Shown here: positions 48,820 to 57,756 of the stretch, piece after piece | How the letters are laid out: every line of letters begins with the position of its first letter | Position numbering within the stretch: position 1 is the first letter of the stretch | Source: an uncultured virus (IMG/VR IMGVR_UViG_3300000478_000004) | Taxonomy: Duplodnaviria > Heunggongvirae > Uroviricota > Caudoviricetes | Virus record (IMG/VR): IMGVR_UViG_3300000478_000004 | Reading direction: 5' to 3' (one strand) | Length of the DNA stretch: 64,000 bases | The notes under the pieces: generated by a model | Seen by the model: the letters and a program-made list of their open reading frames with translations, nothing else | The model's database searches: none | What the model was told of the DNA's origin: nothing | Made by a program: the position numbers and the translations under genes

Positions 48820-49385
48820 ATTGGGCTGTCTGGCTTAGAGGTTCTCTAGCCGCCAAACTACGTACTACCGTTAACGACCCGCGAATAAAAGATGCCTCAT
48901 TAGACGAATTAGAGATTTCTTACCTTTTCCTTCAGTGGGAAGAGGATCAGTGGTTTTACCGATGGGAGAGAATGCTTGGGTTGGTTTGGACCCAAGAGGA
49001 TTTGGACATGCTAGCCAGACACGAAGAGGATAACAAAGGAGGAAAGACACTTTCTGAGATGGAGTCTGCACCTGTTGCAGAGAAACCTTCTGTTCTTCGT
49101 TACCCTCTATCCCTTCTTGTACGTCCTGAATTGATGAAGTCTCTCCAAGAGCACGCCATTCCCTCCCAGGGAGGTCTTTACGGTATGTCTCACGTCCCGT
49201 CCAATGCTGCTTCTCTTTCTCAGGCCTCTAAGGAGGAATTCCTTCGCAAGATGGGTGCTACAGCTATTGACCGGAATGACCCAGAGTATTCTGGTGCGGA
49301 CCCGTTCGGTCAGTCCAGGCGTCCAACTGGTGGCTTCGCTGAAGGTCCGGCTCGGCCCATCGGCGGAGGAGGCAAGCGCAGGTAA
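48795..49385 (+). CDS. Frameshifted extension of the tail assembly chaperone (T part of GT; includes ORF 48972-49385)
   Basis: The -1 frame reads TPDRLRTLDWAVWLRG...FYRWERMLGLVW... with no stop, ending in a TAATG overlap with the TMP start. Confidence 0.75.
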   Translation, partial: TPDRLRTLDWAVWLRGSLAAKLRTTVNDPRIKDASLDELEISYLFLQWEEDQWFYRWERMLGLVWTQEDLDMLARHEEDNKGGKTLSEMESAPVAEKPSVLRYPLSLLVRPELMKSLQEHAIPSQGGLYGMSHVPSNAASLSQASKEEFLRKMGATAIDRNDPEYSGADPFGQSRRPTGGFAEGPARPIGGGGKRR

Positions 49386-51907
49386 TGCCTACTAATCCTT
49401 TTCAGGGGATAGGTTCACGGGGAGGGGCTAGTGAAATAGCCTCTCAAACCCGTGCAGTTAAGGCTTATGACCAGGCACGTAAACGCCTTCTCTCCACTAT
49501 GGCCAGTGAGGAGAAGGCGGCTGCCGGTGTGGCTGCTGCTCACACGGCTGCGATGCAAAAAAGGTCTAGGGACCATGCCGCTTATGAGTCTGAGCTTAAG
49601 AACACCTCTAATCTTCTGAAATCCCAGGGAGAAGTACTTAAGAACCTAGACGTTCAAAGGTCTCGGTATCACAACGAGGAGATGAAGAGGTCCGACTCTC
49701 TACTTAAGAGATACGAAGGCATAAAGACAGCTCTTAGGGAGATACAGGAAGACGGAGGAAACACCTCTACTGTATTAGGTTCAATATTCCAACCATTCTC
49801 TGCTGGTATAGCCAATATGCAGAAGTTTGGCGAATTGCCTAAGGTCACTAGGGCCATCAAAGACGTAAACCTTAGTCTAAGAGACGTATCCGGGTCTGCG
49901 TCTCGTGCAGGGTCAGCAGTCGAAGCTACAGGCGCAGCCATGTTAGAAGTTAGCGGGTCAGTATGGAAGTACCGAACTGCTGTAGATGAGTTGAACGTTG
50001 GATTGGCTGAACTTAAAGTAAAATACAACGACGCAACAGACGGAACTAAAAAACTAGCGGATCAATTTGTCAACCTTTCTAGGATGGATTTGGTCAAAGA
50101 GGGAGCTGTAGACACTGTTGTAGAGGTCACTGATGCCATCAAGAGGCTTGAGGCGCAGGGTGTAAACGCAGAAGAGGCACTCAATACATTGGCCGAACGC
50201 TCACTTACCTCGGGTAGATCGTTCTTAGAGACCGCAGAAGACCTACGTGAAGTTACGGCTACTGCAGACATCCTCACAGAAAGAATCAACAATTCAGAGA
50301 GTGCTCTGAGGGGATTTGCCTTTACTACCAGGGACGACCTGGTGAGAGCTATTGCTGACGCGACCAGGAACCTCGACTCTCAGGTTGTTTCTTTGGACAA
50401 TGTGGCTGCCTCTTACGCTTACGCACAAGAACAGGCAGCTAGATACGGGCTATCAGTAAAGGGGTCCCAGAAGGTAGCTCAGGCATTTACTAACGCACTA
50501 TTTAAAGAAAGAAAGGACGCTCCTGCTATGATAGCCGGACTTGAGATGCAGCGTAACCTATCAAAGGCGTTACGAGATGCAGAAAAAGCCATGTCTGAAG
50601 AAGAGGGCCGGGAGATAGAATATGGGAAGGCGTCCGAGGAGCAGCAACGCATTCTACGGCGCCAGGCTTACTCCGCTATAGGTATAGAACAGACAGACGA
50701 AAACGACTTAGCTATGCGGCAGGGCATAGAAACCCTGGGAGACTCGGGATTGGGTGCTGTTAACATGAGAAACCTCTTTGCTGGCACAAAGACTGCCATT
50801 AAAGCAGACCTTGATGCTAGAATGGAGGGTTTGGATCTTGGATCAATCGAACTAGACTCCGTTTTGGCGGAACTACTTGCGGGCATTGACGGACTAGAGG
50901 GCCTAAGCACCTCCCAGAGACTAGTTTATACCGATATGCTGCGAGAAGGTAAGTCCGGAGAGGTAGCTGAGGCCATACAGAAACTACAAGAAGAGGCTGC
51001 AGATAGGTCAGCAGATGAGGAAAACCTTCAGTCATCTGCCCTTACGGCCGTTCTTACCTTTAAAGATCCCATTCAACAGCTATTCAATATTAAGGACTAC
51101 ATAAAGGCAATTGCTCTCAACGTTTCTAACATAGTGAAGATGATAGGCGGTGTTGTTGGTGTGGACCTGAATTCCCTACTCCCCGACCTGACAAGGGACA
51201 TAGTCGCAGAAGAGAGGTCCCCGGAAGCCCTCTCTGCTATGAGAGAAGCGTCTGACTCAGAGCGTCAAGAGATGATCAGGGGAGTGATAGATGCGCAAAA
51301 GGCATTGAGCGAGGCGGGGACAGAAGCACAGCGCTCTGAAGCACAGAAAAGGCTAGATAACGCACAAAAGGAGCTTAAGAGAGTAGAGGACTCTAGGCTG
51401 GAACTGGAGCTGAGTGAGTACAGACGTAGTGAAATTCTTGGACGTAGATATTCACCTCCAACCTCAAACCAGGAATCGGAAGAGGAAGAAAGGTCACTAC
51501 CCTTCTTTAGCGCAGAAAGGAGTGCGGAAAGAGAAAGGGGCGTTCTATCGGCTATATCAACAGCTTCCGCAGCCTTTTTAGGCCCTCAGATCTCTGAGAA
51601 TATTGAAGGTGCTGCTCGTCAATATATTGATAGTGCTTACAGACAACAAATACAAACGGAGAGAGAAAGGTCTGCTGCACCTGGTCTTAGGGATATGTCT
51701 TCCTCTTCTCGCGCTCCTTCCTCACGCTCACCTGCCCAAACTACTCAGCCTGGTGAGGTAGATGCCGTTGGAGAAGGTTCTGTCTCCGTAAATACTTCTG
51801 GCGAAACCATCGCCAACGTACAGATCAAGTTTAAAAACATGGGAGAAGCAGTGGCCTATCATAATTCAGACACTGCTAGGTTACTTAACCAACACGGATT
51901 AGCCTGA
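49385..51907 (+). CDS. Tail tape measure protein
   Basis: 840-aa Ala/Glu-rich helical protein directly after the frameshifted chaperone. Confidence 0.7.
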   Translation: MPTNPFQGIGSRGGASEIASQTRAVKAYDQARKRLLSTMASEEKAAAGVAAAHTAAMQKRSRDHAAYESELKNTSNLLKSQGEVLKNLDVQRSRYHNEEMKRSDSLLKRYEGIKTALREIQEDGGNTSTVLGSIFQPFSAGIANMQKFGELPKVTRAIKDVNLSLRDVSGSASRAGSAVEATGAAMLEVSGSVWKYRTAVDELNVGLAELKVKYNDATDGTKKLADQFVNLSRMDLVKEGAVDTVVEVTDAIKRLEAQGVNAEEALNTLAERSLTSGRSFLETAEDLREVTATADILTERINNSESALRGFAFTTRDDLVRAIADATRNLDSQVVSLDNVAASYAYAQEQAARYGLSVKGSQKVAQAFTNALFKERKDAPAMIAGLEMQRNLSKALRDAEKAMSEEEGREIEYGKASEEQQRILRRQAYSAIGIEQTDENDLAMRQGIETLGDSGLGAVNMRNLFAGTKTAIKADLDARMEGLDLGSIELDSVLAELLAGIDGLEGLSTSQRLVYTDMLREGKSGEVAEAIQKLQEEAADRSADEENLQSSALTAVLTFKDPIQQLFNIKDYIKAIALNVSNIVKMIGGVVGVDLNSLLPDLTRDIVAEERSPEALSAMREASDSERQEMIRGVIDAQKALSEAGTEAQRSEAQKRLDNAQKELKRVEDSRLELELSEYRRSEILGRRYSPPTSNQESEEEERSLPFFSAERSAERERGVLSAISTASAAFLGPQISENIEGAARQYIDSAYRQQIQTERERSAAPGLRDMSSSSRAPSSRSPAQTTQPGEVDAVGEGSVSVNTSGETIANVQIKFKNMGEAVAYHNSDTARLLNQHGLA

Positions 51908-51921
51908 TTAGAGGTATAGAA

Positions 51922-52170
51922 ATGTCTGCAAAACTACTCAAATCTCTTGCGCGAGGGTCGTGCACAGTATTCAACAGATCCAACGCAGAGGTTTTGGTGT
52001 ACTGGAAGAACGAACGCCACCAGATGCAATATCATGTAATACGTCCGGGTTCTACGGTCGACCTGCTTCAGTTCGCTACAATAGCACAATTGCGCAAGTC
52101 ACCGAACCTAAAGGACATGTTCAATAAGGGTCATCTTAAGATACTAGATTCATCTGGCAACTTTACGTGA
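51922..52170 (+). CDS. Hypothetical protein
   Basis: 82 aa with an AGAGGT SD. Confidence 0.65.
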   Translation: MSAKLLKSLARGSCTVFNRSNAEVLVYWKNERHQMQYHVIRPGSTVDLLQFATIAQLRKSPNLKDMFNKGHLKILDSSGNFT

Positions 52171-52625
52171 CGGACCCTACACAAACTGTGGTGTGCTACA
52201 TCGAGGGAAAACCCTATCCTAGGGCCACTTGCCACGTACACCACAAAAAGCCACAACATGCAGGTGGCGATGACTCAGAGGGAAACCTTGTGTGGCTTTG
52301 TGCCAATGCGCATCAGGTGGTTCACCGCATAGCCCAGTTAATGAAGGCAGGGAAAACAGGACCCGCCTCCGACCTTGTTCACTCCTCCTACTCTCTACCT
52401 GCCCAGCGATCCAGATTGATGGAGGTGGTTCAGGAGGAAATATCTGCGTCCGTCAGCGCCAAAGAAAAGGGCACCGGCAAGAGTACAGTAGTCGTAGAGG
52501 TCGAGATACCTAAGAATGAGTACCTGATTCTAAAATCAAAGGTACACGACTACAAGGTAAACGGAAAGAGACTTAGCATATCGGACTACCTAACCAGGGT
52601 TGTTCTATCTCACCTAAGAAGGTAG
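52167..52625 (+). CDS. HNH endonuclease-domain protein with a possible C-terminal ribbon-helix-helix
   Basis: HVHHKKPQHAGGDD..GNLVWLCANAHQVVH is an HNH core; C-terminal VEVEIPKNEYLILK...SISDYLTRVV. Confidence 0.75.
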   Translation: MTDPTQTVVCYIEGKPYPRATCHVHHKKPQHAGGDDSEGNLVWLCANAHQVVHRIAQLMKAGKTGPASDLVHSSYSLPAQRSRLMEVVQEEISASVSAKEKGTGKSTVVVEVEIPKNEYLILKSKVHDYKVNGKRLSISDYLTRVVLSHLRR

Positions 52626-52658
52626 ACTAGTTCGAGAATTTGGTTATTTTGGTGAATC

Positions 52659-52970
52659 ATGGCAGACTTTAGGCGACTAACCCTAAATATTGTAGCCGTT
52701 CAGGCTACCATAGACCAGCGTCATTACGCCACTGTCTACCTTGGCGACGACGAAAAGGGTAATAACCACTTTCGTACCTACCTAAATGGAAACGCAGTTT
52801 CATCCATCGTATGGAACAGAGAGCTTAAGACGTTTCAAATGTTGCGCTACACCGTTCATGCCCGTAATCAGGGTTACGGTGACAACTTCGTGTGGCCTAA
52901 CGAGGTAAGTAAGAAGCTCACCAGAAAATTGACAGAAGGAAAGCTGTTCCGTATGGTAAAGATACGTTGA
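52659..52970 (+). CDS. Hypothetical protein
   Basis: 103-aa ORF. Confidence 0.6.
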   Translation: MADFRRLTLNIVAVQATIDQRHYATVYLGDDEKGNNHFRTYLNGNAVSSIVWNRELKTFQMLRYTVHARNQGYGDNFVWPNEVSKKLTRKLTEGKLFRMVKIR

Positions 52971-53497
52971 TGCGCTTTCTCCTGTCCGATTCGCCCTTCA
53001 AAAACATAAGCAAGTTTGTAGGAGACCCAGGGATTACTTCTTACCTGGAGCCTAAGCTACGTTCTTTGCTGTGGACGTACAGGAAGGAAAAGGGGTCGTG
53101 TTTTCCTCCCTCCTGCTTCGTGTTCAACTCTTCTGAGGGGGTGTTTCTTTTGGGGTGGTCCTATTCTACTCCTTCTTCTTTTGTTGTAGCTGCTCGCTAT
53201 GAGGCGAACAGGATTGGTGCTGACTTAGCTCTTATGTTGGCTGAGGTGACCTCACTATCCTCTCCCGACCACTCCTTTCTGGTGGTAGAGGTACAGGCTC
53301 TTGGTACTCCCGCCTCACGTTACCTAATGAAAGTGCAGGAGCCGGGATGGTTGGACACCAACAGCTCTTACACAGAAATTTCTGACCTGGAGGCCATGGA
53401 CCCGATTGACAGGGACATACTCATGTCCTCAAACGAATCTAGCATCTTAGGCCTTTCTGACGCCTTTCAGTGGGTTCTTCCTGAACCCTGTGTATAG
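52970..53497 (+). CDS. Hypothetical protein
   Basis: TGATG overlap; about 175 aa. Confidence 0.55.
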   Translation: MRFLLSDSPFKNISKFVGDPGITSYLEPKLRSLLWTYRKEKGSCFPPSCFVFNSSEGVFLLGWSYSTPSSFVVAARYEANRIGADLALMLAEVTSLSSPDHSFLVVEVQALGTPASRYLMKVQEPGWLDTNSSYTEISDLEAMDPIDRDILMSSNESSILGLSDAFQWVLPEPCV

Positions 53498-53506
53498 TGT
53501 ACTCGT

Positions 53507-54976
53507 ATGCTACTGAATGAGGTAAAGAGACTTCTTCTGATGGGAGAATTGGAGGAGGCCGCAGATACCTTGGTTTCTTCTATATACTCCACTGACTCGC
53601 TTCATGCGTGGTCCACTATCTCAAAAAATTCCTCTCCTCTACATCACTCTTTGAGTTTTGTTTCTTCTATTTCTTTCGACAAGAAGGTACGTACTGCCTT
53701 TATAGATGTAGACATTTTGTCTATGGTCATAGGAGTAGACTTCTTTCTTGGGTTAGAAGACATGTCTGAGCTTTTCTTTGTTCTACTGCATGAGAGGGGC
53801 CACGTTTTAATAGATATGGTGCACGGATCTTGGACGGATTCTTTTGGTTCCTTCCGCTTCGGGAACATGTGGGAGGATCAGTACATCAATGATTCCGTAG
53901 GAGTGTTGATAAACTCAAACCTATGCAATAGGCTGTACAAGGACGTAAGGTCTAGATTTAGGGACTTATATCAGCAGAATTTCTCTCTGTGGTTTTCAAA
54001 AAATTACGATTGGTTGAAATTTCATCTTCCGCCGCACTTATTCTCCTCTCTCCATAAGACTCACCTAGACGGTTCCCCTATATCCTTGTCTATACCTTAC
54101 ACTACTTGGATGAAAATAGGATTGGTGCTGGAAAGGTATACAGAAGAGAAAGAGCACACAGGCGATTTTCTAGAGGTACTCGCAGGAAAAGGCAGGACTG
54201 AGGAAGACGAAGAAGGTGACAAAGGGTCTGGTGACGAAGGTGCCCCTTCGGAGGAGGAAGCCAGTGGTACACTTGCGAGCAAGAGAGGGTCACTGTCGAC
54301 ACATTACCAACCTGGAGAGACCAGTTCTTCTCTGGCTAAAATACTAAAGTCATTCACTGTTGACACTGTTCCTGCCGACTGCTCTAACCTTCTCAAGTCC
54401 CTAGAATTTCGTAACTCGTTGGAGGAGTTTGTAAGTTCTAGTCTGGTTGGTGAAGTTATCTCTACTTTTGGAAGCGACAATGTAATTATCGGACGAACTG
54501 GGTCCTTATCTTCTAGCCTTCATAGAAGAGACGTATTTCAACTAGCCTCAGGAATAATGCCTCTAAGCTGGACCATAGAACTACCAGTAGAGCAACGTAA
54601 GTTGAAGCTTTACTTTGATGTGTCTGGGTCTATGTCCTCCTACTACCCCTTGGTTTTCTTCGTACACAGATATCTGTCAGACTACGTGGACGAGCACTTT
54701 CAATTTTCTACTGAGGTAGTTAGTGTGGATCCTGAAGGTACTTCTCTTGTCACTACCGGTGGGACCAGTTATGATGCGGTAGCCTCTCACATACTAACAC
54801 ATGGCCACAGAGACGTGATAGTGGTCACAGACAATACTGACAATCTGTCTAAAGACCTGAGGTTTGCCTTGAAGGACTCCCTGCATTCCCTTTACTTGTT
54901 GCAGACTGAGAAGGGTCACTTTCATAAGTATGGGTTTAACTCCTTAGCCACCTCGGTTCTTGACCTCCCGGAGTAA
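53507..54976 (+). CDS. vWA-domain protein with an N-terminal HExxH metallopeptidase-like domain (DUF2201-like architecture)
   Basis: VRTAFID...LLHERGHV, an acidic linker, and MIDAS FDVSGSM...GGT...VVTD. Confidence 0.8.
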   Translation: MLLNEVKRLLLMGELEEAADTLVSSIYSTDSLHAWSTISKNSSPLHHSLSFVSSISFDKKVRTAFIDVDILSMVIGVDFFLGLEDMSELFFVLLHERGHVLIDMVHGSWTDSFGSFRFGNMWEDQYINDSVGVLINSNLCNRLYKDVRSRFRDLYQQNFSLWFSKNYDWLKFHLPPHLFSSLHKTHLDGSPISLSIPYTTWMKIGLVLERYTEEKEHTGDFLEVLAGKGRTEEDEEGDKGSGDEGAPSEEEASGTLASKRGSLSTHYQPGETSSSLAKILKSFTVDTVPADCSNLLKSLEFRNSLEEFVSSSLVGEVISTFGSDNVIIGRTGSLSSSLHRRDVFQLASGIMPLSWTIELPVEQRKLKLYFDVSGSMSSYYPLVFFVHRYLSDYVDEHFQFSTEVVSVDPEGTSLVTTGGTSYDAVASHILTHGHRDVIVVTDNTDNLSKDLRFALKDSLHSLYLLQTEKGHFHKYGFNSLATSVLDLPE

Positions 54977-54977
54977 G

Positions 54978-56189
54978 ATGCTTTCTACCATAGGTATAGT
55001 TGGTTGGGAACACCTAGAGGTTGTTATCCTGTCTTGTTTGGTGTCTAGGTTTCCTATTCTTTTTGTGGGCACCCATGGACACAACAAAACTGAGGGAGCG
55101 GAGATTCTTTCTTACGCCACTCTAGGAACATCCGCCAAATTCCAACCTTATGATACCAGACTCATACAGACAGAGGATTTGCTGGGCTACGCCAACCCGT
55201 ACTCCATGAAAGAAGGCAAGGAGATAAGTTACGTTCCCACTCAGATCTCTATATTCAACGCAGATAGCGTTCTGTTCGACGAGATTAACAGGGCCAACCC
55301 CTTTGTAGCTTCTAAGGTCATGGAGGTAGTTCGAACGAGAAAAGTGATGGGACGTCAGACACCTCTTCAGTTGGTGTTTGCTGCCGCAAACCCACCCGGC
55401 GAAGGGTATGATACAGTTTATCTGGATCCTGCTGTTGTGTCACGATTTTCTGTCATCAGACTCCCGGACTACTTGTCTGACTCCGACCTGCTCAAGGTTC
55501 TTTCTCTTCCGCCCAGTCTCGGGGAACGTGCTCGTAGCGACGCGGTGTCCTCCTTTAAATCCTTCCTTGACCTCGCTTATTCTACCACCCTTTCTCCTGA
55601 CTGTGTTCAGAATATTCGTGAGTTGGTTACAAAGGTGGTCGGAGTTCTCCGTACAGAACTGAAGCTTCATGTCACCCCAAGACAGGCTAGGTACATGGTC
55701 GACCTTCTCACCTCCTGCGAGATTATCTCCTCCTTAGGTTATAAGGTAAAGGATAAGGACCGCGTAGCTGTTCTTTCCTCTCTCATACCCGAAGTAACTG
55801 GCATGTGTAAGTCCAAGGTAGATTCCAGTGCTGTAACAGCCCAGCTTACGCGTGTTGTCTCCGGGTTCAGAATGCGTGACAGCTTGATCACCACTATGGA
55901 CATTCTTTCCCTGCTGCGTGCTGACGTAAAGGACAGACCGGCATGGGTAAGCACTGTAAAATCACAGATCGGTTCTGTTCATGACGCCTCTGTTCTCAGG
56001 AAATTTATTCTCGGGGCGACAGAGCTTTTTTCTTCTTCTTCCTTGGACGAAGACGGTTATTGCTCTATCGTAATGGATGCTATGATAAGGATGTGCCACC
56101 TGGACAAAGACCTGGTTCCAGATGTTCCGGTTACAGCTTCACGTAGTGAAGTCATATCTTGGGTTCGTTCTTTCTTGGTGCCGTCTTGA
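54978..56189 (+). CDS. MoxR-like AAA+ ATPase
   Basis: Probable start ATG 54978. GTHGHNKT (variant Walker A), EDLLGY, LFDEINRA (Walker B), AAANP, LDPAVVSRF. Confidence 0.85.
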   Translation: MLSTIGIVGWEHLEVVILSCLVSRFPILFVGTHGHNKTEGAEILSYATLGTSAKFQPYDTRLIQTEDLLGYANPYSMKEGKEISYVPTQISIFNADSVLFDEINRANPFVASKVMEVVRTRKVMGRQTPLQLVFAAANPPGEGYDTVYLDPAVVSRFSVIRLPDYLSDSDLLKVLSLPPSLGERARSDAVSSFKSFLDLAYSTTLSPDCVQNIRELVTKVVGVLRTELKLHVTPRQARYMVDLLTSCEIISSLGYKVKDKDRVAVLSSLIPEVTGMCKSKVDSSAVTAQLTRVVSGFRMRDSLITTMDILSLLRADVKDRPAWVSTVKSQIGSVHDASVLRKFILGATELFSSSSLDEDGYCSIVMDAMIRMCHLDKDLVPDVPVTASRSEVISWVRSFLVPS

Positions 56190-56689
56190 TATTATCTACG
56201 GATCTCAAGTACATAAATCTTACAGCCAAAAGGACCAGAAAAGGACTGTATTTGGCTGATTTGACCCCTTCTTACGGGGGGTCTGCTACTCTGGTGTCAG
56301 ACAGGGCCCCTACATACACTTCTACCATTTTCATGGTGCTTCACAGCAAGACGAAGAAGGACACAAAGGCCATTGAGTTTAGTGGTTCCTATGTTCGTCC
56401 TCTGGGGCTATGGGACGGAGACTCGTCTAAATATTCGTCCATGTCTTTGCGCACTCACTACGAGGCTATGGGTCTGCACTTTATTTTTGCCTCTCACGCT
56501 CTGGGGTTGACCTCGTGGAAAGTCACTCATATACTCGTCGACCCTACCATCAGAGAGTGCTTTGACGTAGGCATAGGATCCTGTCTATTTCAGTCTCCGG
56601 TTCCCACTGTCTTATGCCGTAAAAAGACCATGACACAAGGGATATCCGTGTACGTACCTGCATTCCACAAGATAGCCGAGGAGGGCTGA
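56186..56689 (+). CDS. Hypothetical protein
   Basis: Probable TTG start overlapping the upstream TGA (TTGA); the start position is uncertain. Confidence 0.5.
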   Translation: MILSTDLKYINLTAKRTRKGLYLADLTPSYGGSATLVSDRAPTYTSTIFMVLHSKTKKDTKAIEFSGSYVRPLGLWDGDSSKYSSMSLRTHYEAMGLHFIFASHALGLTSWKVTHILVDPTIRECFDVGIGSCLFQSPVPTVLCRKKTMTQGISVYVPAFHKIAEEG

Positions 56690-57756
56690 TGCTTCGTCAA
56701 AGTTTACTTCCGTTTTTCTCTGGCATGGAGAAAAGAGACAAGGCTATCGCTGTCCGGGCTGTATCTCACTTCGTGTTGTTTGGTTCCTACCGAGAATACA
56801 GGAACAGGATAAAGGAGCTACCTAAAGACTCCTACACCTTGTTCTACACAGAGGTGAGGAATTTTTTGAAATCCTCCTTTGAATGTAGGAAAGTATGGAG
56901 GGCAGTCAGGGGTTCTCTTTCTACTGGCTCTTCCTTTGAGGAGTCGGCGGCCACGTACAAGGCTGACCTAGACGCCATGAACCTTTTTTGGAAGGCATTG
57001 TCTGAGAAAGACCGTGAGGCACTTTCTTCAACATGCTCAGAAGACGACAGTTATGCCTTCCTTAGCAAGAAGGAATTGGACGAACTTACTTCTAGGCTGG
57101 ACAAGTATTGCGGAAAGGTGGCTTACCTTAGGCTGAGATTCCTTGCGGATAACGACAAATCGTTTGATTTGAGCGACCTACGAGGAGAACTTCTTGCTCA
57201 GGGAATACAGGTCTTACGTACCTATGAACACACGCGTAACATACCTCTCATAGAGAACTACGCAAAGGCATCGATTCAGAACCACGCCATCAATTTGATT
57301 CAGCACTTTACTAGCGAGTCCAGGGCTTGCGTCAAGAATGTTACTACGGGCTGTGGCACCTGCATCTTTTGCCTAACGGACAAGCCACAAAAATGCAGCC
57401 AGTCTGTTGCCGACTATTCTATTACCACCGTTTCTACAGAGGGCCTTCCTGTGCAGGATTTGGGTAAGGCACGTAACACCCCAGAAGACCTATTGAATAC
57501 AAGGAGCTTGTTGACTGCCCTCAAGGATGGCGCTTCTCCCTCCCTCACAAACCTCATAGACCTTGTCTTCTCGGGATCGTCCCACGAGGCATTTGAGCAG
57601 TGGCTTACTGACAATCACAATACTAGTGCAGACGAACTCTCCTCTAACCCTAAGCGATTTGTAAAGCTAGCCTGCACGTACTTTGGACTCGCTCCCTCGG
57701 AAGTAAAGCAGCATCTACTTTCCAAGTACACAACCTATAGAACGCAGGTAGCTTGA
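56689..57756 (+). CDS. Sigma-70-like transcription factor with a Cys-rich insert
   Basis: Region-2-like DLSDLRGELLAQGIQVLRTY...NYAKASIQNHAINLI, a CGTCIFC...C insert, and TPEDLL typical of the region 3/4 boundary. Confidence 0.5.
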   Translation: MLRQSLLPFFSGMEKRDKAIAVRAVSHFVLFGSYREYRNRIKELPKDSYTLFYTEVRNFLKSSFECRKVWRAVRGSLSTGSSFEESAATYKADLDAMNLFWKALSEKDREALSSTCSEDDSYAFLSKKELDELTSRLDKYCGKVAYLRLRFLADNDKSFDLSDLRGELLAQGIQVLRTYEHTRNIPLIENYAKASIQNHAINLIQHFTSESRACVKNVTTGCGTCIFCLTDKPQKCSQSVADYSITTVSTEGLPVQDLGKARNTPEDLLNTRSLLTALKDGASPSLTNLIDLVFSGSSHEAFEQWLTDNHNTSADELSSNPKRFVKLACTYFGLAPSEVKQHLLSKYTTYRTQVA

